A DNA stretch of 64,000 nucleotides, taken from positions 2,790,001 to 2,854,000 of the forward strand of contig OZ037766.1 of the NCBI GenBank assembly GCA_964035545.1, written 5' to 3'. The DNA comes from Bugula neritina. Taxonomy: Eukaryota; Animalia; Bryozoa. Both the position numbers and the translations under genes were made by a program. Positions 43,901 to 56,545 of the stretch are shown one piece after another (within the stretch, counting starts at the first letter, position 1; each line of letters opens with the position of its first letter). Under the pieces are notes generated by a model that saw only the letters and a list, made by a program, of their open reading frames with translations, did not search any database and was not told the DNA's origin.

Positions 43901-46280
43901 ACATATTAGCAGTTCAAAAAAAATTTTTTTATAGATAATTTTGACAAAAAATAATCTTGAAATCATTTATGTGGTTTTGGTTATTGAGCAAAGCTAAAGT
44001 GGGACTTTGTCAGTGCTCAGTAACCAAAACCACAAAAATGAGTTCAAGCCTATTTTGGGAGACCACAACTATTAATTGTAAGGGGGGACATTGGGACCTC
44101 TGAAAAGGGTCTATTGACCAATATTTCCATGGCTGATGGTCACAGTAAATTGCTGCCAACTTTTCCATTTTCTAGACTCGAAACAGATAATGCTGAGTTA
44201 TAATAAACTAGCTCGATCTGAAGTGCTCAAGATGAAAGAGAGGCTTGCTAATCTGGGTTACAAGGTGTGGATAGATGTAGAGCAGATCACTGCAGGTGAG
44301 TTCCTGCCTTAGCTAACTTGTAGTTTCGTGAAACAGCATATTAAGATTAACTACCATGAACAAGACTGTTGTATATGTGATTTTAGTAAGACATTGTGTA
44401 ACTGGCTAAGAAAAATTCACCAATTTTAGTAATTCACATATTTTATTGTCAAATCCTATTTGTTTACAACATTGTTTGATTGCTTTATAAAACTTAAAAA
44501 GTTCCATCTATTTAGGTGGTTCAACACTTGAAGCTATGAGTAAAGCCGTAGAAGAATCAAGTTTGGTTTTGATATTTTTCAGTGAAGCCTACAAAAACAG
44601 CAACAATTGCAGGGCGGGTAAGTTGAAATCTAAAGATAATTTCGTTGTTTTTCTAATGACTCTTTCAGCTGTTGAATTCGAACTAAATTTTTGTATAGTA
44701 GGTTTTTATTGGTTTTAGAGGCAGAGTATGTATTTGAACAGAGAAGGCCATTTCTCCCTGTACAAGTACAGCCCAAGTACGTGCCTAACGGCTGGTTGGG
44801 AATCTTGCTAGGGACTAGATATCGTTACTGTCTGACTAAAGCTGACAGATACGATTTAGAAGTGTCATCACTACTACTTAAAGTACAGGAGCTCATTACT
44901 GGTGTCCAGCAACCCAGTCTGGATGCAATAGGTACTTCTAGTAACAATCTAGTTTCTAGTAACATCTGTGCAGCTTCATCTCTTCTGTATGTTTGTAACT
45001 TATAAACGCATTGTTCATTATCAGCTAATGTAAGTCAATTTAACATAACTGTCAGTGTGTTTAAATTCAAAATTTCTGTTTGAAATGAAATTCTACTCTG
45101 TATTGGATCAGTGTACTCTCACCTATATAGTCAGTTTTTCAATTGCAATTGAAAAATCAGGCACTTTATATAACTGAAACAATACAACTATTATGAGCTT
45201 TTTGTTTTCAAGATCAGTTGTTTTTCAGGTGTATTCAAATGTCATGATGTTTCTGTTATTTTGAGTATATGTCATGTTGGAGTATATTTTATAGTCTGAA
45301 ACAAACAAAACTGTTACAAATGTGTATACCCAGATGTCACTTGAGATAGAGAACTCAACTGACACTTTTGTTTTCTTATATATCCTGAATGTGGTTTATA
45401 TGTCGTATACATTTAGATTGGTTTAAGTTTCAAATGAAATTGGTGTAAAGGAAAGACAACTGTTATCTATCACTTACTGTTTTCTCAATCTCAAAGTTTG
45501 TGTTCGGCTGTATTCAAATTCTTAGTATTCCTGCTACTTGCAGACGGCCCTCTGATTGAGTCAACTGTAGAGCCACTGCTAGCCTCAGCTCCTCTAGAAA
45601 AAGCAGTAAACTTGAAGTGTGTTAGTTGGACCACCCAACAAGTTGCTGAATGGCTCAGCACCTCAGATCTTTCCAACTTTGTGAAGTGGTAGGATATGTA
45701 TGTCTGGTATTATTCAATGAACAAGTAGTAGATAGCAAACACAGTGGCTCAGTTTTAGTCCCTGAAACTGAGCAACTGTGTTGCTAGCAGCTTTATTAGA
45801 ATCATACACTAATTAATTGTTGCTGTTCAACTAATTGTTTTCAACATATTTAGTGATGTTAAACACAAAGTATTCACGCATCACAACATAACACACTGAT
45901 CAGTAGTTTAAACAAGTTTGCCTATCAAAGCATGATCTGAAATTCTGGCTACTGTAGCTAACACAAAAAACAAGAACAGATGACAATAGTATTAAGAGAT
46001 ATGGTTACTCTTATTATTTGCATCATTACCAACTCTTGTTAATTAATATTATTTGATACACTATTACTCATAAAGTAATATTGTTATATGCATAGGCCTA
46101 ATTGTTATTTTTATAAACTATAGCGTTAGAGAGATGAATGGAGAGATGTTGGCTGAGCTAGCATTGCTATCGCAGCACCACAAAGACACCTTCTACTCAA
46201 TGATTGGTCAAATGCAAGGAGTTGATATTTCCGATTTTTTGAGATTCAGTTGTGCTGCCAAGAAACTTTGTCAGCAATAA
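40908..46280 (+). CDS. ARM-repeat / TIR / SAM-like protein, paralog B (~958 aa)
   Basis: Exons 40908-41365, 41533-42207, 42529-43409, 43503-43628, 44176-44295, 44516-44617, 44719-44931, 45544-45688, 46124-46280; total 2877 nt, in frame, all GT-AG. Same intron positions and phases as paralog A. Confidence 0.9.
43714..44114. mobile_element. MITE (non-autonomous DNA transposon) in intron 4 of paralog B
   Basis: TIRs atagacccttttcagaggtccc / gggacctctgaaaagggtctat. TSD is TGA or AT depending on the end chosen. Internal hairpin at 43956-44048. Empty site in paralog A at about 36500. Confidence 0.85.
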
Positions 46281-47308
46281 AATTCCCAGAATCCTTAGGG
46301 GATGTAAGAATACAGTAGTCTATGTATAATACTCTACAGTAATATTATAGTTATGTGATGCACCATGTGCCTTTATTTTCCTTCTCAATACTCAGAACTG
46401 TTACTCATAACTGTGCTATAAATATATTTTGCATGCTGCTTTTTACTGACATTTTATACTAATTATTGGGTAATGTTTATTACCATATTATTCCTTAGTT
46501 TTCATAGTCCTTTTATGAAATTTTTTTATATAAATAATGCCATTGATATTCATATTGACTAAGTTTATGGTTTTTGTATTGTCTCTCTGTTTTTGGCCAA
46601 ATTTATATTTATAAATAGTTTTTATTACTTTATTCTACGTTTCCATTTTTTGAGCAATTTTGCTTTCAAATTTCTTTTCTGTTGCTTTTACTTTTATATC
46701 TCTTCTAGATTTCAGTCTTACATTATCTGCAGCTACTGCTAGTAATATAAACATTTAACATTAACATATTTTAATAGATACATCATACTTCATAAGACCT
46801 AGTGCATTAAGCCAAACTGTTCTCTATCAACTTTAAAATACCTTTCTAGACCAGATACTAAAAGCCACCTCTTATGCTTCCAGACCAGATAACAAAACTA
46901 CCTTAATTATTGCTACATCATAAAAAGTTGGTGAGTATTTAAAGACTCGCAGATACCCAATAAGTCATCAAATAGCATTTTTGCTCAGTAACACAAATCA
47001 GTTATCTTTTTTTTTTTATTAGCTTGACATGCCTATTGAAGATATCAAGGGGGCATAACCTCCTTTACAATATTTCTCCTCTACAATAGGCTACAGACTT
47101 TTTCAGACTGTACCTTCATCTCAAAGTAGTTGGTAGCTTCTTCCCCAACAGTTGAAGCTACCAAATGAGTAATATACATTCAAGCAGCAATATTGCTAGA
47201 GCATCATTGGACATCTTGGAAATACATGTATAGAAACAATTTCTGTTGCAGTTAGTGTATGTTACAACTTATTAAATTTATATTATATAATTGACTATGA
47301 AAAATAAT

Positions 47309-47382
47309 GTTCCCCACCGAGATTCGAACCACAGACCTCCGGCTTGCAAGCAGGCGCGCTAACCAATTACGCTAAAGGGGCC
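47309..47382 (-). pseudogene. Degenerate tRNA-like sequence (Ala-TGC-like); pseudo-tRNA or SINE head
   Basis: Minus strand GGCCCCTTTAGCGTAATTGGTTAGCGCGCCTGCTTGCAAGCCGGAGGTCTGTGGTTCGAATCTCGGTGGGGAAC. Good A and B boxes and D stem, but a 6-nt anticodon loop and mispaired T and acceptor stems. Confidence 0.7.
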
Positions 47383-48034
47383 ACTGGGTAAACTCATCGC
47401 TACAGACTATACATATTTCATTTGTTTTTGCAGGCAATATAGACAATAATTATTATAATTTCAGATTAAAAACTGAGAAATAAACAGATGAACATATTAT
47501 TCGAAATTATTTTTCATCTTTAGTGGTCACTGTAATAGAAGTTGTAGTTGTGTTTAAAACATAAGACTGCCATTTTCAAAATTGTAAGAAAACTGTTGAT
47601 AAGTGGTTAAGCATTGCATAACTGTCTACAATAATAATAATAATATCTTAAATTAGATCCACGTGCCTCTCACTTAAGATATTTCTTAAAACTATTGATA
47701 TCTGACTATCTTCTCTTAAAGCGCTTGAAATAAGTTGAAGCTTTTGGCTGTAAAATATAAATTCAGAGATCTGAAGTGTAAGCATTGAACTTAGACTCTA
47801 AGGTATAATCTCTTCTGCCAGTGTTTATGTACTTCAACAGACACAGTATGTCAATGACCATTAATTATTATTAGCACTGGGAGTCTATACTGCTTTATAT
47901 CTTTGCAACAAGAGTACATTACTGTCAATGGTTGGTTGACATATCATAAACTAGCCAAGACTATTTGTGAATTAAAGCATTCACAGTTTGATCACTGGCA
48001 TTCTATAAGCAATGTTTGTCTGGATATATCAGCT

Positions 48035-48048
48035 TATATATATGTATA

Positions 48049-48114
<66 letters not shown>
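48035..48114. repeat. (TA)n microsatellite
   Basis: Interrupted TA run. Confidence 0.95.
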
Positions 48115-48118
<4 letters not shown>

Positions 48119-49484
48119 ATATATATCCCATCTTCATAAACTGCAAAATGAGTTATATATGCAAAAGATGATGGCATATAAAATGTAAAAAAATTCAGAT
48201 TACAAGTTATACAAAGAATACTAAGTTGTAAGTAACTTACCAAGCAAAGCTGAATTGTATGAAGTATTTGCTTTTGTTCCAAACATAGTGCAGCATGCAA
48301 ATGAGTGCTTTATGTAATTATTTCGGCTAATTTAAATCAGCAATCTATTTTTGGTGCAGCTGTTGCGGACCTAGAGCTTTTTTTTCAATTCAGGTTGAAA
48401 AATATTTAACCTAGTTCTTAAGCTGGACTGGTGCTGACAATTCTAAATACTTGACAAAGTGTTCTGTGGCACTTTCACCCACAATATCCAGTTGTATCAA
48501 ACAGAGCCTAAAAACTCAGAAAATGCTATATCTGACCACTAAATTATTGACATGAAGCCAACACTTGCCAGACAGATAACTAAAAACATGAAGCTATTAC
48601 TGTTACTAGATATAGATGTTGCCAACTAATTAAAATATTTATGCTGACACAGGATTGGGGAATATTTCAGATTCCCATTGGTATTTTAACAAGTGTTTGA
48701 TTTTTGCAGCACACACTCAGCCAAACTAACACATTAATAGCGCCAACCGCAGAATGAGATGCTAGTATTTGTAATGAGTTATTTTTGAAAACAATTAAAG
48801 CAGCTAAATATATAAAATACCTAATTGTTAACAAGAAAAAGAATTATTATAATAAGTGTTGATATCAATTTTTAAAATTAAGTCCTACTTTCCCCAAATT
48901 TTAATATTGATATAAGGAAATGAAATTATTACAAGCAAAAATTGCCGAATGCTGCTTTGCATATATTGAATAAATTGATGAATGCCACCAAAAGCTTTTA
49001 AACTTTTGTTTCAGAAATATAGCTTCTGTCTTTGTACTAGCTGAACACAAGTAAATAAATAGAATGTTACTATCTGTAAATACTTCCTAAAGCATTTACC
49101 ATCATGAAATATTTCTAGGGCAACATTGATATTCATGGTCAGTCATAAGTAACGATATGTGCTATCTGTGTTTGAAACCTAACTAACTTAAAAGAACGAT
49201 CATTCAGTAGAACTGAGTGGCATCTCTACTCGACATCTAGTGTGCTAAAGAACTTAATTCTAACTATTTTAATGAGTATTTCTTCTGTTGTTGGAAGCAT
49301 ACAAAAAATGGGTTAACGGAGAGTTCACATGTTACGGGTTCAGACAAGTTTTCATCTCTTTGGTCTGTTAACATTGGCTGTTGGTAGGAGGCACTCTGCT
49401 GGTTCACTGCTTCTACAAAGAATACTCTTCTTAATTAAGATGGTTTAAGCTTACCTATAAACTCCAAGATGAGATGCACTTGAT

Positions 49485-49691
49485 TATGGAGTGCCAAATG
49501 GTAAAAAATTCGCTTATTATTGTATCTCATATGCTTATAATAAAGTATCTAGCCATTATTCTCTCTCATATGCTCACAAAACGCTCTCATAGGTCTATAA
49601 TTTGCTCTTATATACCCTTATGGCTAGATACTTTGTTATAAACATATGAGACACAATAATAATCAAATTTTTGACCATTTGGCACTCCATA
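49485..49691. mobile_element. 207-bp MITE with ~72-bp TIRs and 6-bp TSD (IS3EU-type ends)
   Basis: TATGGAGTGCCAAATGG..CCATTTGGCACTCCATA flanked by cttgat on both sides. Confidence 0.85.
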
Positions 49692-50688
49692 CTTGATAGG
49701 TAGGGTGCTACATACTGTTTCACTTTAATTGAGTTGAACTTATTTTTGACTTAATTACTCCTTGAAACACCTTAGTACATTGTTCTTGTACATTGTTCAT
49801 TGTACATTGTGGGAACTTCTCTGTGTCAAATTTCATGTTGCTACATTGACCTTAACCTGCAATGGTTTTACTTGATGCTTATAGCATTAGAGTTTTCAGA
49901 AAAATTGCTCCTTATTATATAAAGTATCTCAGTCTATTTCTTTGACCCAGCAGCTAGTGTTAGGATTTTGAAGGCTCTCTCTCTCTGTTGGTGTTTACTT
50001 ATAAAGCCTTGCTGCCTATTTCTTCCTGCTTCGACTGCGATTTATCTAAAAATTCTAACATATTTTCTATACATTTCAGTATTTTAAGCAAAGTGCAATG
50101 AACCTTTACTGCAATTGACAAAGTGATATGCAGATGTCATGTACTAATTTCTAGTTCTTGTACATACCACTACACCAGTAATAGTGAAGCTAAGGTCCAA
50201 TCTATATTGTGGCCTGGCTAGTATACAATATGTCCATCAACTTTTGACAGTAATGTACTCTTGTTGCAATGACACAAGGCAGTATCAATTCCCAGAGCTA
50301 ATAATAAAATATTACGGTCATTGACATACTGTGTCTGTTGAAGTACATATGTACTGGCAATGAAATTATATTTTACAGACAAAAACTTCAACTTATTTCA
50401 AGTGCTTTAAGAGAAGATAGTCAGAAGAACTTAATGGTTTTAAGAAATATTTTAAGTTAGAGTCACATGGATGTAATATAAGATATTATTACTAACAACT
50501 GTAGCAAGGTTCAACCACCTGTCCACAGCACCACCATATTTTTGAAGATGATAGCCTCGTGTTTTGACACAGCTACAGAATTTATTACGGTGACTGCTGA
50601 AGATAAAAATAACTTTGAATAATTTTCAGTCATAACTTGTTTATTGGTCTTTGATATGAAATTACGTTATTATATATACATATAAATT

Positions 50689-50694
50689 TGTGTG

Positions 50695-50778
<84 letters not shown>

Positions 50779-50784
50779 TGTGTG
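50689..50784. repeat. (CGTG)n microsatellite
   Basis: Perfect cgtg run with tg flanks. Confidence 0.97.
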
Positions 50785-51082
50785 ACATATTATGTAAATG
50801 TAAACTTTTATTTTTAGGAACTAGCAAATTCCTTGTATGGCAAACCATTATTTAGAGTTTTGACTGAGTGCAGGTTTAATTTTCACTTGCGCAGTGGGTA
50901 TGACTTTTAACATTTGCTGGCCAATAGCTATATGCAGACAATCCTGTTTAACTGACATTAGGTGCCTATATAAAGCACCAGCCCCCAACATTTCAAATGT
51001 ACTTCAACTTCTAACTTTCTTGACTTTATGACTGATTGACTTTAAATATTACTAAAGTAATAATTTGCTGTTGGTTATCATT

Positions 51083-52466
51083 ATGAATTTCAGTACCTGG
51101 ATTGCTTATAAGAACTACCTGCTCTACAGCATCTATCTTTTACTTTATGGGTTACTACGGATCTGTTAACTGATATCTTGGAGAATAGCTGGTATTCAAA
51201 ATCATTTGAACAAATGCAAAGTCGGGGAGAAATATGAAACATCTGCACAGCTGCTCAAAGTTTGGTCAAGATCTAAGCCTACATTTTTCACTATACTTTT
51301 TCAAAGACACTTTTTATCAACACATGTGAAGTTTGTACATCCAGATTATTCTCTACAGAAACACATAACACTTATGACAGTAACTGATAAAGAAGCTATC
51401 TTCTGTGTACCTTCATCAAAAGTAGACATTCTCAATGTCAAAAAATGGCCATTTCTTTTTCATGCTCAACACGAGACAGCTGAATACATTCTCGTAATGC
51501 CCATCCAATCACTCATCAAATTAGCTTCTGTCCTTGGAGATCCAACAGGAAAGGTTATCTGGGTTCACCACACTGGAAGATGCATGTGGATCTACAGCCA
51601 TGGCTCAAGCTTGCAATGCTTTACCAGATGTGCTGACTATTTCAGAGCCTCTCAACATCTTCTCTCTCGATCAATCTTTCAAGTATAGGCATTTGAGGAG
51701 TGATAGCTTAGATTGGGAGCCTACAGAAGAATATCTCAGCATTCATCAGAGCATCGTGAGAGTCATGTTATCAAAGCCTTACCTGAAATCAGCTAAAATA
51801 ATTGTTGTGAAAGCAGCTCCTGCGAATTCAATGGTTGATTTAAACTCAATTGTTGAACTCTTTTCCAAGTTTATCAATGTATTCATGTACAGAGAAATGA
51901 GAGAGCAGGTTACCTCATTGTACAAAACAGTTTCAGGTTTTGATATCCAAAGAGGCTTGACTTCTTTTATTGCTTCATCTACGATATTGTCTCGGTTCTT
52001 TCCAAATGTGAAACCTCACGCTACATTACAAAACTGCTGCAATGACAAAAAACATGTGGAATGGCTGCTTGATAAAAGCAGTGTTCACAATCATACAGAA
52101 TTTATTGCTTTTGTTATCAGTTGGTGTGAGACTTGTTCGCACTACATGAAGCTTGGTGAAAGTTTAACCGAACCAAAAGTGCCTGCCTTTAAATATGAAC
52201 ACTGGCAATCGAATCCAGACAAATATCTTGAAACATTTTTCAAGTTAGTAGATCTAGAATTGACCGACGAGAGACTTCAGATTGTGAAAGATGTCTTGAA
52301 TGAAGACAGTCAGAAGAACTCCATGTTCTCAAGAGAGAAGGTAAAGCAGAGAGGGGTTGAGATTCCTAAAGATATGATTCATGTAGCTAATTCATACTCC
52401 AAATTTTATCACCTGCCAGAATGGGGAGCGTCCTGTATTTTACCTAATACAGCAACATCTCCTTAA
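51083..52466 (+). pseudogene. Sulfotransferase-like paralog 2, disrupted
   Basis: ATG 51083. In-frame TAA at 51167-51169 (CAA/Gln in the intact paralog). A 4-bp insertion at about 51582 (AGATGCATGTGGA) frameshifts the GRCGST motif. Otherwise collinear with 29964-31352. Confidence 0.85.
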
Positions 52467-52812
52467 AATTATCTTCTAAGTTGTAATGTGGTTTGGTCTT
52501 GAAATTTGATCGCAATTGCTTACAATTTGATGCTATTGCTAACAATTACTAAAGATTCCAGCTGAAGCTTTCTGTATAACTAAATAAACTATGTTAATTA
52601 TGCATATTGCTATAATATATTCCATTTAGCAATTTTTTAATATCTGTAAATTTGTATAAATGACTAAAAATATAAATCAGATACAATAAATGAGAGTTAT
52701 TGTCTTCTCTTGCTTCATAATTACATAAATTTGTTTATAAAAGGAGGGTGAAGTGTAATATAAAGTTACAATAACGTGTTAATTTAAAACGAACATTGTA
52801 TATCAAGCCAAA

Positions 52813-52982
<170 letters not shown>

Positions 52983-54616
52983 CAACTGGCAACACATAAT
53001 GGTTAAACTAAGCTACAAATTTACTGCGTCAGCCTTCAAAATACCATTTCAACAATAGACTGCCATAGCTCATTTCACATGACTGTAATTGCAGAAATGC
53101 TATCTAAGTAGAAATTTGCTGACTAAAGGCATTATATATGACTGCCTTCATCAACATTAAAATATCTTCCTATGTAGACTATAGATGCTAAGGCTTCCTT
53201 TTATATTTCTAGACCAGATGCTAAAACCACTTCTCATTTGTCCAGACAGTCTTTAAAAAACCTGCACAGAGCAGTCCAAATATGCATCTATCAGGTCATA
53301 GGAAGATATGGTTTAATGGCGGATCATTAAACATACATCAGTGCACAGCCTCACATTCAAGCAGTATGCCCAGAAGTTTTGTATCATTTACATATCATAA
53401 ACCCCAAATCCCTCACCCATCCTTACCTATTTCCGCACTGTCCTGTTTGGGTAGTGAGCCACAACTATTTGATGTATGTCTACCTGAATCTTTGCTAATA
53501 ATAAAGTATTGTGCACATGATTATGACAATTTACCTATAAATTACACTAAAATATCACATTAACTAAGTGTGCATCAATAAGCATATCATAACTTTGTAC
53601 AAATTTCAGCATGCATTGTTACAACATATTCCTGGATGAGGTACATACCAAGCTTAATGTTTGCTTTTTTAGAACTGATGTAGGTTGGCTTATTGTGTTT
53701 GACTGGTAGAGGTAGAGTCTCTGTGTTGTTTATATTTTCAACAGAAAGGTTTATAACATAACCAGGGAACTTTACTACCAAGCTCATACAGTTCATGCTG
53801 GTGGTGGGCAACCCACCCACTGTAGGGCTGAGCAATAAGTTTAAAGAGAAGACAACCCTTATAGAGATACACAGTTCAGATTTTTGTTCCTTGTAAAGTT
53901 TGGTTGAGTTACATGATCGATGCTACGCTGATAGGTATAAAGTCTGCTAATTGTGTAAGAGCTTGCTTCTTTATACTCATTTGTAAATCTATTGGTTTAC
54001 TGCGTCAAGCCAATCAAAAATGTCCCAAAGCATTCAGCCAATAATATTATATTAATAAATTTGTTCACACCAGCTGACTAGAAAGTGAAAATTCAACTTG
54101 AACTAGCAAGCAATCAGCAAATCAGCAACTACATAAACAATGAATTAGTGGGTCGCTAGAAATTCACAAGCAACCTGAGTCACCAAGGGGCATTCACGTG
54201 CAGTAACAGTGAAAACCGTCAGTTTTTATTTTTTGTAAACTTTGCTTCCACTTCAGTTTATTAATTATAGAAAGTCCTTCCTTCACCAACTGCCTAGTTG
54301 TTCTTTGGCATGAGTACACAGATAATTGAGTTCAAGTGTGCCAGAAAGCTTAAGAAAGCAAACCAATTATTAATATTTGAGCTGTTTCTTTTTCAATGAC
54401 AACTTTATTCTACCCAGTAACCAACTAGCTTGAAAAAGAGTATGCGCGTATGATTATTTTAAAAACAACAGCATAATTGTTTGTATGCATGAACTGTGCT
54501 ACGGCATTGCTACAACCACACAATATATATGATAAATTATGAGTCATGATATATCAAAGCTGCTTTAGAAAACATCCAAGTACCAAAAAATTAATTTTCG
54601 AACTAAAAGAAAAGTT

Positions 54617-55987
54617 TAAGGAGATGTTACTGTATACAGGACGCTCCCCATTCTGGCAGGTGATAAAATTTGGAGTATGAATTAGCTACATGAATCATAC
54701 CTTTAGGAATCTCAACCCCTCTCTGCTTTACCTTCTCTCTTGAGAACATGGAGTTCTTCTGACTGTCTTCATTCAAAACATCTTTCACAATCTGAAGTCT
54801 CTTGTTGGTCAATTCTAGATCTACTAACTTGAAAAATGTTTCAAGATATTTGTCTGGATTTGATTGCCAGTGTTCATATTTGAAGGCAGGCACTTTTGGT
54901 TCGGTTGAACCTTCGCAGAGCTTCATGTAGTGTGAACAAACCTCACAATAGCTGATAACGTAAGCAATAAATTCTGTATAATTATGGGCCTTGCTCTTAC
55001 CAAGCATCCATTCAACGTGCTTTTTGTCATTACAGCTGTTTTGTACTATTGCGTGAGGTTTCACATTTGGAAAAAGATCTGAGACAATGTTATAGACGAG
55101 GCAATAAAAGCAGTCAAGTCTCGTTGAATATTTAAACTTGCAAATGCTTTGTAAGATGAGGTAACCTGCTCTCTCATTTCTCTGTACATGAATACATTGA
55201 TAAACTTGGGAAAGATTTCAACAATCAAGTCTAAATCAACCATTGAATTCTTAGGAGCTGCTTTCACAACAATTATTTCAGCTGATTTCAGGTAAGGCTT
55301 TGATAACATGACTCTCACGGTGCTCTGATAAATGCTGAGATATTCTTCTGTAGGCTCCCAATCTAAGCTACCGTTTCTCAAACAGTTATATTTGAAAGAT
55401 TGATCAAGAGATAATAAGTTGAGAGACTCTGAAATAGTCAGCACATCTGGTAAAGCATTACAAGCCTGAGCCATGGCTGTAGATCCACATCTTCCAGGGT
55501 GATGAACCCAGATAACCTTTCCTGTCGGATCTCCAAGGACAGAAGCTAATTTGATGAGTGATTGGATGGGCATTACGAGAATGTATTCAGCTGTCTGGTA
55601 TTGAGCAAGAAAGAGAAATGGCCACTTTCTCACATCTAATACGTTAACTTCAGGTGGAGGTACACAGAAGATAGCTTCTTTATCAGTTACTGTCATAAGT
55701 GTTATGTGTTTCTGTAAAGAATACTCTGGATGTACAAACTTCACATGAGTTGATAAAAAGTGTCTTTGATAAAGAATAGTGAAAGGCGTAGGCTTAGATC
55801 TTGACCAAACTTTGAGCAGCTGTGCAGATGTTTCATATTTCTCCCCGACTTTGCATTTGTTCAAATGATTTTGAATACCAGCTATTCTCCAAGATATCAG
55901 TTAACAGATCCGTAGTAACCCATAAAGTAAAAGATGGATGCTGTAGAGCAGATAATTCTTATAAGTAATCCAGGTTCTTGAAACCAT
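54617..55987 (-). pseudogene. Sulfotransferase-like paralog 3, disrupted, convergent with paralog 2
   Basis: ATG 55987. Same TAA at 55903-55901. +2 frameshift in a T-run at about 55071-55075. 10-bp deletion near the C-terminus relative to paralog 2. Confidence 0.85.
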
Positions 55988-56244
55988 GATGACAAGCAAT
56001 GGTAACTGATCAATTAACATTCAAGTCACCTTGCTCAAGAATTATTCGGCAAAACTGAAGGTAGCCCTTTGAAGGTCGAATTTGCTTTAAATATTATGTA
56101 TACTGGTAGTTTGCAAGCACTTCACCACTTAGTGTATAAAAGTACATGTCGTGTTTTTGCCGTATAGATACTTCACAGCAGCTAGTACAGCATACATTTA
56201 CTACTGTTGTAATAATTATACTTCATAACACAGTATCTTTAAGG

Positions 56245-56510
56245 AACTTATAGTTTCTACCAAAGCATATTTAAAAAGTACGTAAATGCAAGCCTGGGAA
56301 CTTATAGGAGTCATGAGCCTTGTAATATATATGCTCTCATTTAATGCTCAGCAATGACATTAAATGATTGAGCACTCTCACCATGGTCACAAACTCAAGC
56401 TGCTAGCATTTTGCAATGCTCGTGACTCCTAGGTGACCCCTAGAGTCACTTGAGCACTCTGGCTTGAGTTTACACACCTTTTAAATATGCTTTAGTAAAA
56501 CTATAAGTTT
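56245..56510. mobile_element. Degenerate MITE with ~50-bp imperfect TIRs
   Basis: aacttatagtttctaccaaagcatatttaaaaag..caagcc versus ggcttg..cttttaaatatgctttagtaaaactataagtt; second inner inverted pair aggagtcatgagc / gctcgtgactcct. Confidence 0.7.
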
Positions 56511-56545
56511 ATACTATTGCAAAGGTGTGGGCCATGGTACTCTGT

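Larger units (their letters stand above)
47495..50625. mobile_element. Old long inverted repeat / foldback-type element (arms ~47495-47990 and ~50190-50625)
   Basis: atgtacttcaacagacacagtatgtcaatgacc (~47827) is the reverse complement of ggtcattgacatactgtgtctgttgaagtacat (~50316). ctgactatcttctcttaaagcgcttgaaataagttgaag matches 50385-50423 inverted. Further diverged blocks are collinear. Confidence 0.65.

Noticed and set aside
33722-46280. Calling these genes SARM1
   Set aside because: Domain order is ARM-TIR-SAM with one SAM, and the TIR motifs differ from SARM1; orthology is unsupported.
47309-47382. Functional tRNA-Ala gene
   Set aside because: 6-nt anticodon loop and several mismatches in the T and acceptor stems.
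51167-51169. TAA-as-Gln recoding or readthrough to explain the shared stop
   Set aside because: TAA ends many normal genes in this window, and both copies carry additional frameshifts.
53282-53835. Short ORFs between the sulfotransferase pseudogenes, and ORFs at 59904-60164 and 61811-61996
   Set aside because: No recognisable motifs or consistent exon chain; they may be decayed transposon sequence but I cannot identify them.
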